In this document: positions 8,785 to 16,388 of the stretch, piece by piece
Position numbering within the stretch: position 1 is the first letter of the stretch
Layout: every line of letters begins with the position of its first letter
From: Pyrinomonadaceae bacterium
GTDB lineage: Bacteria > Acidobacteriota > Blastocatellia > Pyrinomonadales > Pyrinomonadaceae
Reading direction: 5' to 3'
DNA length: 49,890 nt
Assembly (NCBI GenBank): GCA_035630655.1
Contig: DASQKG010000103.1
Location: forward strand, 1-49,890
Position numbers and translations under genes: made by a program
Notes under the pieces: generated by a model
What the model was told of the DNA's origin: nothing
Seen by the model: the letters and a program-made list of their open reading frames with translations, nothing else
Databases searched by the model: none

Positions 8785-9369
8785 ATGAAGTTATTTGCTA
8801 TTACCTTCTGTTTGCTTGTTATAGCCGGCACAAGCCAAATCAATGCGTTTCATAGATCGGAACCTACTGCTACACCTGGCGGCGCCAACCAAACCACCAA
8901 TCATGACGGCAAGATTGAAAGTAAATACGACGGGTTTACCCACGAAACGACTATCACGTTGAAGAAAATGCGCGTCACGTGTGGTCGCACGAAAGGCAAT
9001 TTTAAGGATGCCTGTGTCAGTCTGGTGGCGAGACTCCACTGCCCGGGCATCCAGCTTGATTACGTGCGTCAGGCCAGCTTGCAGATAATCTTCCAAACAG
9101 ACGACTGGGACCAGCGGCACTCTCTCAGTCAGAGGGACCTTTCGGTCGTAGCTGACGGCGTGACTTATCGACTTGGCAGGATGACACTGGCCGGCCTAAG
9201 CACCGACACCCTAATGACTGAAACACTCGAAGTGACACTTCCTTATGCGACCTTCGTAAAGATTGCGAAGGCGGAAGTAGTGGAAATGAAAGTTGGCCCA
9301 AGCCAGTTTGAATTGAGACAACAAAACATTGTTGCCTTTAGAGACATGGTTAATCGCGTGAAAGTGTGA
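8785..9369 (+). CDS. Hypothetical secreted protein
   Basis: ATG 8785 gives MKLFAITFCLLVIAGTSQINA, a signal peptide. The upstream part of the 8677 ORF looks non-coding. No recognised domain. Looks AT-richer than its neighbours by eye. Confidence 0.55.
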   Translation: MKLFAITFCLLVIAGTSQINAFHRSEPTATPGGANQTTNHDGKIESKYDGFTHETTITLKKMRVTCGRTKGNFKDACVSLVARLHCPGIQLDYVRQASLQIIFQTDDWDQRHSLSQRDLSVVADGVTYRLGRMTLAGLSTDTLMTETLEVTLPYATFVKIAKAEVVEMKVGPSQFELRQQNIVAFRDMVNRVKV

Positions 9370-9373
9370 AGAA

Positions 9374-9541
9374 GGGTGTCGGGTGTCGGGTGTCGGCAAG
9401 AGTAGACCGAGTATCGATATTATTGCTTATCTCGCTTCCTAACTTCCAAGCGCTGGAAAATCCTCAACCTGGATTCGTTTCTTCCCGGCAGCCAGCACCT
9501 GACACCCGGCACGCGGCACCCGGCACCCGATACCCGACACC
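9374..9541. repeat. Inverted arrays of GTGYCGG heptamers flanking a ~99-nt core
   Basis: Left array: 3 x gtgtcgg (9374-9396). Right array, read on the reverse complement: gtgtcgg gtatcgg gtgccgg gtgccgc gtgccgg gtgtcag (9496-9541). It abuts the stop of the carrier-E1 fusion gene. Confidence 0.85.
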
Positions 9542-10992
9542 TAGTACTTCGCCACGCTCGGATCCACGTCGTTTGACCAGGCTGTGATCCCGCCCTTCAG
9601 ATTAACCATTGGTCCTGTAAAAGCGGCTCCTCTCAAAGCTTCAATTGCCTTGGCGCTGCGCACACCGCCCTTGCAATGGAAAATAGTCTCGCGCGACGGA
9701 TCGATCTCATTCATGCGGTTAACCACCTGGCCGAGCGGAATCAGTTTCGTTCCCGTGATCTTCGCAATCTCATATTCGTTTGGTTCCCGCACGTCGATTA
9801 TTTGGATATCGTCACCGCGATCCAACCTTGCTTTTAGTTCAGTTGCCGTAATCTCCTCGAGCTTCGTTTCTTCAACAGGTAGGGCCGGCTTCATTCCGCA
9901 AAATTGCTCGTAGTCGATTAATTCCTTGATGCTCGGGTTCTCACCACACACTGGACAAAGCGGGTCCTTCCGCAACTTGAATTCGCGAAACTGCATGGCC
10001 CAGGCGTCGAACAACAACAGTCGATTAACGAGTGTCTCTTGGGCCCCCAGCGCGATCTTGATCGTCTCATTGGCCTGAATCGCGCCCATGATTCCGGGCA
10101 AGACTCCCAGTACACCTCCTTCCGCACACGACGGTACCAAGCCAGGCGGTGGCGGCTCGGGATACAGGCACCGGTAACACGCTCCGCGCTCGGCAAAGAA
10201 AACACTCGCCTGCCCCTCAAACCGAAATATCGAAGCATACACATTGGGTTTACCGGTTAAGACGCAGGCATCGTTAACCAGGTAACGCGTCGGAAAATTG
10301 TCTGTACCGTCAACAATGATGTCGTAATTCGCGAACAAGCCAAGCGCGTTCTCGCTGGTCAGGCGTGTCTCGTGAGTTTCGAGTTCGATAAAAGGATTAA
10401 TGTCAGCAAGTCGGTCGCGGGCGGAGTCTACCTTCCGGCGTCCGACGTCTTTCGTTCCATGAATTATTTGTCGCTGCAGATTAGACGAGTCAACGACATC
10501 GAAATCGACAATACCCAACCGGCCGATGCCGGCGGCGGCAAGATACATTCCCGTGGGCGCGCCGAGTCCGCCGGTGCCAATCATCAGTACGCTGGTCGCT
10601 TTGAGTTTTCGCTGACCCTCCATGCCTACTTCCGGCATGATCAGATGTCGACTGTAGCGAGCAATCTCTTCATTCGAAAGCGAAGGCAGCTCGGCTGAAA
10701 CGTCGGCTTCCGCAGTTGAGCCACCGGCAATCGACGGCACGATCATCAACGTGTCGCCGTCTTTGAGTGGAGTAGCCGCGCCGGATTGGTGACGAATGTC
10801 TTCTTCGTTGACGTAAATGTTTACAAAGCTGCGCAACGCATTCTTGTCATCATAAAGGTGGCGGCGGAGCTCTGCGTGCTCGGAAGTTAGCTGGTCAAGC
10901 GCCTCGCCGGTGGTTGCGGCGTCTACCTCGATGCGTGAGCTGCCGCCCGCAAACTGGCGCAAGGCCGTAGGTATTGTGATAGTGACTGGCAT
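9541..10992 (-). CDS. moeZ: Fusion protein: CysO/MoaD/ThiS-like sulfur-carrier domain + MoeB/ThiF-type adenylyltransferase + rhodanese (MoeZ-like)
   Basis: The N-terminal 91 aa form a beta-grasp domain ending in SIAGG. The E1 part has the GTGGLGAP loop plus CYRC and CPVCG zinc motifs. The C-terminal rhodanese has HCKGGVRS. ATG 10992 is preceded by aaagga. The ORF track starts at 11046. Confidence 0.85.
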   Translation of the reverse strand: MPVTITIPTALRQFAGGSSRIEVDAATTGEALDQLTSEHAELRRHLYDDKNALRSFVNIYVNEEDIRHQSGAATPLKDGDTLMIVPSIAGGSTAEADVSAELPSLSNEEIARYSRHLIMPEVGMEGQRKLKATSVLMIGTGGLGAPTGMYLAAAGIGRLGIVDFDVVDSSNLQRQIIHGTKDVGRRKVDSARDRLADINPFIELETHETRLTSENALGLFANYDIIVDGTDNFPTRYLVNDACVLTGKPNVYASIFRFEGQASVFFAERGACYRCLYPEPPPPGLVPSCAEGGVLGVLPGIMGAIQANETIKIALGAQETLVNRLLLFDAWAMQFREFKLRKDPLCPVCGENPSIKELIDYEQFCGMKPALPVEETKLEEITATELKARLDRGDDIQIIDVREPNEYEIAKITGTKLIPLGQVVNRMNEIDPSRETIFHCKGGVRSAKAIEALRGAAFTGPMVNLKGGITAWSNDVDPSVAKY

Positions 10993-11035
10993 GTTCAGGT
11001 TCCTTTCAACTCTGTGATGGCCACGAGATAGGCCT

Positions 11036-11121
11036 GTAGAGTACAACCTTTAAATTGCGTGTTTCGCAACCCGCAGCTACATTCTTGCGAAACCCCGCAA
11101 GCTAAAGCTTGTACTCTAAAC
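11036..11121. repeat. Family E element, copy 2 (overlaps 3' end of the JAMM gene)
   Basis: Outer stem gtagagtacaa / ttgtactctaaac. Inner hairpins ttgcg-tgttt-cgcaa and cttgcg-aaacc-ccgcaag. The last seven JAMM codons and its TAG stop lie inside the element. Confidence 0.85.
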
Positions 11122-11551
11122 ACCCGCTCGGTTGCTCAATTCGTTCCTCGTCAAATCGTGACCGGTCCGTTTGCATTTCCCATGACCGCAAGTCTTCGGC
11201 CTGCCCTGCCTTCACAGCGACGACGACATATGAATAGACTGGCCAGGCGTGTTCCAGATCATACCCTGAAGGTATCGCCGGATGGTCAGGATGAGAATGA
11301 TAAAAACCGACTACCTCCAGACTATTCGCGGCCGCATGTTTTTCGCCGCGCATTAGTTCTTCCGGCCGGATAAGAAACCGGTTTCGTTTCGCCTCGTCTT
11401 CGCGCGCGTTTGAAATGGGATAGATTTGCAGACACACCTTGGCGCCATTCTCAGCAAATCGGCCAAGTAGGAGGCCACAGCATTCGTGTGGATAGTCGCG
11501 CTCGCCGTGAGCTCGAATCTCAATTTGGTTTTGTTCCGATAGTTCGATCAT
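11102..11551 (-). CDS. mec: JAMM/MPN+ metallopeptidase (Mec+-like)
   Basis: JAMM motif: HECCG early, then GFYHSHPDHPAIPSGYD (HxHx7Sx2D). Located between cysM and the carrier-E1 fusion. Confidence 0.85.
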   Translation of the reverse strand: MIELSEQNQIEIRAHGERDYPHECCGLLLGRFAENGAKVCLQIYPISNAREDEAKRNRFLIRPEELMRGEKHAAANSLEVVGFYHSHPDHPAIPSGYDLEHAWPVYSYVVVAVKAGQAEDLRSWEMQTDRSRFDEERIEQPSGCLEYKL

Positions 11552-11590
11552 TTCTTAAAGGTAGCCGCCAAGATCACCCACCGAATCTTG

Positions 11591-11646
11591 CCGTTTAGAT
11601 GGGGCACTTGTGCCCGCGGCGTGCGGACAAGTCCGCTCCTAAACAG
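11591..11646. repeat. Family D element, copy 1
   Basis: ccgtttag...ctaaacag outer stem encloses two 14-bp palindromes, gggcac-tt-gtgccc and gcggac-aa-gtccgc. Lies between cysM and the JAMM gene. Confidence 0.85.
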
Positions 11647-11673
11647 TAAAACGAAAGAGGCGTCCCTTGCGTC

Positions 11674-12600
11674 TTAGTCAAGATACCGCTCGCCGCCGTC
11701 GCAAAGAACCGTGACCACTACGGCGCCCGGCGTTAGCGTTTGCGCCAATCGCAGCGCGGCAAATACATTTGCTCCGGAACTCGTACCCACGAACAATCCT
11801 TCTTCACGTGTCAACCGCCGCACCATCTCCTGCGCATCTTCCGTTTCAACCTCAACATTCGCGTCGGCAAGAGTTGGATCGTAGATGCCAGGCACCATTG
11901 CCGTCTCCATATGCTTCAACCCCTCCAGCCCATGTAGAGGCGAAGCCGGTTGTATTGAGATCCCCTGAATCTTCGGATTGAATATTTTGAGACGACGCAT
12001 CACTCCCGTAAAGGTTCCGGACGTTCCCAGGCCCGTGATGAAGTGAGTAATGCGTCCTTCGGTCTGCGCCCAAATCTCGGGACCCGTTCCATCATAGTGC
12101 GCCCGCCAGTTTGCCTCGTTGTTGTACTGGTCGGGGTAGAAGTATTTCTGCGGGTCCCTCTCGAAAATTTCACGCGCGGTAATTTGGGCTCCGTCAGTTG
12201 CCCGAAGCGGATCGGTTTCAACCACCTCCACACCAAAGTCACGCAGGATTTGTTTGCGTTGCCGGCTGGCGTTTTTCGGCAAGCAAAGAGTGACGGGATA
12301 GCCGCGGCCCGCTCCGATCATTGCGTAAGCGATGCCTGTGTTTCCGCTCGACGCGTCAAGAATCGTCATTCCTGGCCGCAGCTTTCCGTCGTGCTCGCCG
12401 GCCAGAATCATCTGCAGCGCCGGACGATCCTTGACGGAACCGCCGGGATTCAGATGTTCGGCTTTCGCGAAAAGCTCGACACCCTGCGGCAGCGCCGAGG
12501 TAATTCGTCGCAGACGAATCAAGGGCGTATTACCAATGCTCGACTCGATAGAGTTTATGTGAGCGGCGGGAACCGCGTGCTCGAGTAGGCCTGTGCTCAT
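11674..12600 (-). CDS. cysM: PLP-dependent cysteine synthase, CysM type
   Basis: GNTPLIRL, NPGGSVKDRPA (PLP lysine motif), SSGNTGIAYA and GTSGT are typical of the CysK/CysM fold. ATG 12600 is preceded by gaggaaacg. Alternative starts at 12630 and 12660. Confidence 0.88.
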   Translation of the reverse strand: MSTGLLEHAVPAAHINSIESSIGNTPLIRLRRITSALPQGVELFAKAEHLNPGGSVKDRPALQMILAGEHDGKLRPGMTILDASSGNTGIAYAMIGAGRGYPVTLCLPKNASRQRKQILRDFGVEVVETDPLRATDGAQITAREIFERDPQKYFYPDQYNNEANWRAHYDGTGPEIWAQTEGRITHFITGLGTSGTFTGVMRRLKIFNPKIQGISIQPASPLHGLEGLKHMETAMVPGIYDPTLADANVEVETEDAQEMVRRLTREEGLFVGTSSGANVFAALRLAQTLTPGAVVVTVLCDGGERYLD

Positions 12601-12663
12601 AATCTTCGTTTCCTCTTCAATGCCGACCATCGTCGGTACGTCGGCACGGCGTGAAGTCACACC

Positions 12664-12822
12664 TTACAGAACCGAGCGCGGTAGCGCCGGATCCCAAAGG
12701 CCACTTTCGGGTCTATTCACGGCAGCCAAGGTGACCTGCGAACACGTGTAAGAAGTATTGAGATACATCTCTTATACGAAGGTCGTCTCTGGTATCCGGC
12801 GCTACCGCGCTCGGTTCTGTAA
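12664..12822. repeat. MITE-like element: perfect 29-bp terminal inverted repeats around a 101-nt core
   Basis: ttacagaaccgagcgcggtagcgccggat (12664-12692) is the exact reverse complement of 12794-12822. A solo 13-nt end, ctcggttctgtaa, occurs at 8630-8642. Confidence 0.85.
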
Positions 12823-13047
12823 ACAAAACGGTCGCGAATCCTTTTCAGGCTCGCGACCGGACTTGAAAACCTTTGTTGCGTTAGCGTCTAACTCATGTAG
12901 CCTTCGCTGCAAATGTTCTCCCGGTCGCGTCCCAACAACAGACGCAACAAGCGCAGGAGCAAATGCAGTAACAGGTTTTAGACATTTCGTTTTCGCTAAC
13001 TGGTGAAGCGACTATAGGAAGTCCTCGAGACTCTGTCAAGGCGCCCT

Positions 13048-13146
13048 TGTAGGACAGGCATTCCTGCCTGTCGGAGCTTCCCCGGTGGCCGTTTGGCTTA
13101 CACAAAAGCCTTGCCAACGTCAGACAGGCAGGAATGCCTGTCCTAC
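13048..13146. repeat. Family B doublet (REPIN-like)
   Basis: gtaggacaggcattcctgcctgtc (13049-13072) has its perfect reverse complement at 13123-13146. Each unit is itself a hairpin, gacaggca-N4-tgcctgtc. It starts 3 nt after the ptrB stop. Confidence 0.9.
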
Positions 13147-13148
13147 TG

Positions 13149-15287
13149 TCACTCAGCCAGGCCCATCTGCCAAAGCATGAAGGCATAGTCCAGCGCGACT
13201 TCCCGTAGATAGTCATACCGTCCAGACGCGCCGCCGTGGCCTGCACCCATATTCGTCTTCAGCAACAACGGGTTATTGTCAGTCTTCATCTCGCGCAGCC
13301 GGGCCACCATTTTGGCGCCTTCCCAGTAAGGCACCTGGCTGTCGTTGAGTGAGACCTTCACCAGCATCGCCGGGTAATTCTTCTTAGCGATGTTGTCGTA
13401 AGGCGAATACGTCTTCATGTAGTCATAAGCCGCCTTCTCGTTTGGATTGCCCCACTCGATGTATTCACTGGTCGTCAACGGCAACGAGGCATCGAGCATC
13501 GTATTCAGCACGTCCACAAAAGGCACCTGCGACACGACTGCTTTGAAAAGATCCGGACGCAGATTGCTGACGGCGCCCATCAGCAGTCCGCCGGCGCTTC
13601 CGCCCTGAATCACCAAGCGGTCACTTGATGTGTATTTATTTTTGACCAAGTGCTCGGCGCTGGCGATGAAGTCGGTAAACGTATTCATCTTCTTCATCAT
13701 GCGTCCCTGTTCACGCCACTCCTCGCCGAGCTCGCCGCCGCCCCGAATGTGTGCGATCGCGTAAACAACTCCGCGGTCAAGCAGGCTGAGCCGGTTGGAG
13801 TTGAATGTAGGAGACATCGAGGCGCCATAGGAGCCGTAGCCGTAAAGCAATGCCGGCGCTGAGCCGTCGAGCTTTGTGCCCACGCGATAGACGATCGACA
13901 TCGGAATCTTGGCGCCGTCCGACGCGGTGGCGAAAACGCGCTCCGACTTATAATTCGTTCTGCTGAATCCACCCGGCACTTCCAACTCTTTCAGGAGTGT
14001 TGCCTTGCGGGTATTCATGTCGTAGTCAAAAACGGAATCCGGAGTGACCAGCGACTCGTAGTTGTAACGCACAACGGGTGTTGAGAATTCCCTGTTTTGC
14101 GCGAGCTGTACCGAATAAACCGGTTCAGGAAACTCGATCCGGTGCATCTTGTTTGTTTTGAAATCGTGAACCTCGATCTGCTCGAGACCTTTTTCCCATT
14201 CCGACAGAACAAGATGGTTCGCAAACAAATCGAGATCCGCAATCTTCACCGCGGGGCGGTGCGCCACCAGTTCCTTCCAGTTTGCCTGCCCGGGATTTGA
14301 AACAGAGGCCGTGACGATTCGAAAATTCTTGGCGCCTTTGTTTGTCCGGATGTAAAAAACGCCTTCGCGGTGGTCGACGTTGTATTCGTGATCGGGTTCG
14401 CGAGCGCTAATCACCTTGAGCTCAGCCAGCGGCGTGGCGGCCGGCAGGTAGCGATATTCGGTCGAAGTCTTGCTTTCGGATCCCACGAAGATAATGGACT
14501 TGTCTCTCGAGCGGTAAGACACCAGGTCGAACAAGTCGTCCTTGTCTTCGTGAATCAAATCCGTTTTGCCACTACCCAACACATGGCGGAAGAATTTGTC
14601 TGAGCGCTTCGTCACTGCATCTTCAGTCGTAAAGAAGATGGTCTTGTTGTCAGTTGCCCAGGAGACGTTTCCAACTCGTTCAAACGTTTCCGGCAAAAGC
14701 TGGCCGGTGCGCAGGTCTTTAATCTGAAGTTTGTACTGACGGTAACCGGTGGTGTCGGTTGAATAAACCAGAAGGTTGCCGTCATCGCTTGGGACCAGGC
14801 CTCGGATGCTGAAAAACTTGAAGCCTTTCGCCAGCTCATTCTGATCGAGCAGGATCTCTTCCTTCGCCTCGGGGCTGCCTTTCTTGCGCGCGTAAATTGG
14901 ATACTGTTTGCCCTGTTCGGTGCGCGAGTAATAGAAATACCCTCCCTGACGGTAAGGCACTGTAACGTCGGTCTCTTTGATATGGCCAACCATCTCTTTA
15001 TATAGCTTTTCCTGAAGAGGCGCGGTCGGTTTCAAGACCGATTCGGTGTAAACGTTCTCTGCTTCGAGATGAGCAATCACTTCCGGGTTCGACTTTTCCC
15101 GCAGCCAGAAGTAATCGTCGATCATGGTGTAGTCATGAATTTTTGTAGTCTTGGTTTTCTTTGGTGTCATGGGTGGTTGAAGTTTTGGTCCATTTCCGTT
15201 GGGCTGCGCGAAGGCGTCGCTGCTAAGTGCGACGATGGCAGAGAGAGCCATGAGTACAATAGCTATAACCGTCTTAAGTCTTTTCAT
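13149..15287 (-). CDS. ptrB: Oligopeptidase B (protease II, S9A) with signal peptide
   Basis: The C-terminal GGSAGGLLMGAV...QVPFVDVLNTMLD..LPLTT.E..EWGNP...YSPYDN...GHGG closely follows PtrB. ATG 15287 gives MKRLKTVIAIVLMALSAIVALSSDAFA and is preceded by aggaagg. Confidence 0.9.
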   Translation of the reverse strand: MKRLKTVIAIVLMALSAIVALSSDAFAQPNGNGPKLQPPMTPKKTKTTKIHDYTMIDDYFWLREKSNPEVIAHLEAENVYTESVLKPTAPLQEKLYKEMVGHIKETDVTVPYRQGGYFYYSRTEQGKQYPIYARKKGSPEAKEEILLDQNELAKGFKFFSIRGLVPSDDGNLLVYSTDTTGYRQYKLQIKDLRTGQLLPETFERVGNVSWATDNKTIFFTTEDAVTKRSDKFFRHVLGSGKTDLIHEDKDDLFDLVSYRSRDKSIIFVGSESKTSTEYRYLPAATPLAELKVISAREPDHEYNVDHREGVFYIRTNKGAKNFRIVTASVSNPGQANWKELVAHRPAVKIADLDLFANHLVLSEWEKGLEQIEVHDFKTNKMHRIEFPEPVYSVQLAQNREFSTPVVRYNYESLVTPDSVFDYDMNTRKATLLKELEVPGGFSRTNYKSERVFATASDGAKIPMSIVYRVGTKLDGSAPALLYGYGSYGASMSPTFNSNRLSLLDRGVVYAIAHIRGGGELGEEWREQGRMMKKMNTFTDFIASAEHLVKNKYTSSDRLVIQGGSAGGLLMGAVSNLRPDLFKAVVSQVPFVDVLNTMLDASLPLTTSEYIEWGNPNEKAAYDYMKTYSPYDNIAKKNYPAMLVKVSLNDSQVPYWEGAKMVARLREMKTDNNPLLLKTNMGAGHGGASGRYDYLREVALDYAFMLWQMGLAE

Positions 15288-15402
15288 CTGGGGGCCTTCC
15301 TGGGATTCAAAGTTATGAACGAACCGGCTCCTGGAGTGGAAGCTGGTTAGGCGCTCGGTATGGAAATGTTTTGACGGCGCACGGCCATCAATCATGGACC
15401 GT

Positions 15403-15624
15403 TCAACCGCGGGGCGGATCGCCCCAACCGGATCCTTTGTACTTTCCGTTTTCAACAATGCATGGCACGGTGGGATCACCGCCGGACAACGCAAGCATCT
15501 CTACGCGGCGCGCCCGATCGGTTTGAGCGTCATAATCCGTAAAGGGTATGCCCTTCGAATTGTAGTAATCCCGGGCCTGCTGGCAGTAAGGACAACCTGG
15601 TTTTGTATAGATAACTAGCGACAA
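15403..15624 (-). CDS. Glutaredoxin-like protein
   Basis: 73 aa with YTKPGCPYCQQA (CPYC redox motif) and TVPCIV. TTG start at 15624 is preceded by ggaggtg 4 nt upstream. Confidence 0.8.
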   Translation of the reverse strand: MSLVIYTKPGCPYCQQARDYYNSKGIPFTDYDAQTDRARRVEMLALSGGDPTVPCIVENGKYKGSGWGDPPRG

Positions 15625-15996
15625 ATCCCACCTCCGTATGCGTGTAGTTTAGCAATCTCTTCGCGAAGATGCGAAGCGGGCAGGACCGAGCGAAACAACC
15701 ATCCGCAGATTACATCGAACGGTTTCACTCGATGAGCAGGAAAGCTTGTCACAAAAACAAGAAGTTGTTGGTTTGCTTCTGAGATGGGGTGTTAGACAGT
15801 GCAGAAGTACGCTCGGAGCTAAAGGGGGGTTGATACGCGAGGCATATTAGCCAGAGGCCCCTTGTTGTTCTGACTCTGCCTTTAAGAAGCTGCCTAATCT
15901 CGGATAGTTTTATAGTTCCGCATGATCAAATGCCGCCACTTAAGAAGACTTTACAGTATTTTTTTCAAACCGGAATAGCTTATACTTTGCCAACTT

Positions 15997-16335
15997 ATGT
16001 CCCAGGACGTCGCAGACATCCAACAAAATGTCGTCGTTGACGATCTACTCGACCCTTACGAAAGGCTCGTGAGCATTGAAGTTCTCGGCAAGCGGGTTGA
16101 GGTGCCTGAAAAGAACCGGCTGCTGAGGTGTTTCCAGTTCCTCTCGCTAAACTCGATTTCGTATGGAGATTTTTGTTGGAATGGTGATTGTACGAATTGT
16201 CAGGTTTGGTACCACACGGAGAGCGAGACCAGCGTCAGCGACCGGACCGGGCTCGCCTGTCGAATGGAAGTGATCGAAGGAATGGTGATCACTTCAATGA
16301 GCCCCTTCATAAAACTGCACGGCATAACCAAGTAG
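15997..16335 (+). CDS. Small 2Fe-2S ferredoxin-like protein (putative)
   Basis: Cys pattern CWNGDCTNC...LAC fits Cx4Cx2C...C, as in plant-type or Fer2_4 2Fe-2S domains. The family assignment is tentative. Confidence 0.5.
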   Translation: MSQDVADIQQNVVVDDLLDPYERLVSIEVLGKRVEVPEKNRLLRCFQFLSLNSISYGDFCWNGDCTNCQVWYHTESETSVSDRTGLACRMEVIEGMVITSMSPFIKLHGITK

Positions 16336-16359
16336 GACAGACATTCCTGTCTGTCCTGC
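16332..16359. repeat. Family B singleton
   Basis: gtaggacagacattcctgtctgtcctgc with a 10-bp stem aggacagaca/tgtctgtcct. The TAG stop of the 2Fe-2S gene is the tag of the repeat. Confidence 0.85.
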
Positions 16360-16388
16360 TGAAGAAGCCGATCCGATCAACGCGTCTT

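Noticed and set aside
9541-12600. The UBL + E1 + JAMM triad as an antiphage ubiquitin-like (Bil or CBASS Cap2/Cap3-type) system
   Set aside because: There is no E2-like domain, no CD-NTase and no effector. The E1 carries a rhodanese domain, and the operon starts with a CysM-type cysteine synthase. This matches the sulfur-carrier (CysO) pathway instead.
13149-15494. N-terminal extensions given in the ORF track (ptrB to 15494, 8677, 18159, 19306, 11046, 12660, 36690, 38022, 44662, 6369)
   Set aside because: In each case a downstream ATG gives a canonical signal peptide or a conserved family N-terminus, often with a Shine-Dalgarno sequence. The extension either overlaps a neighbouring gene or runs through a repeat element.
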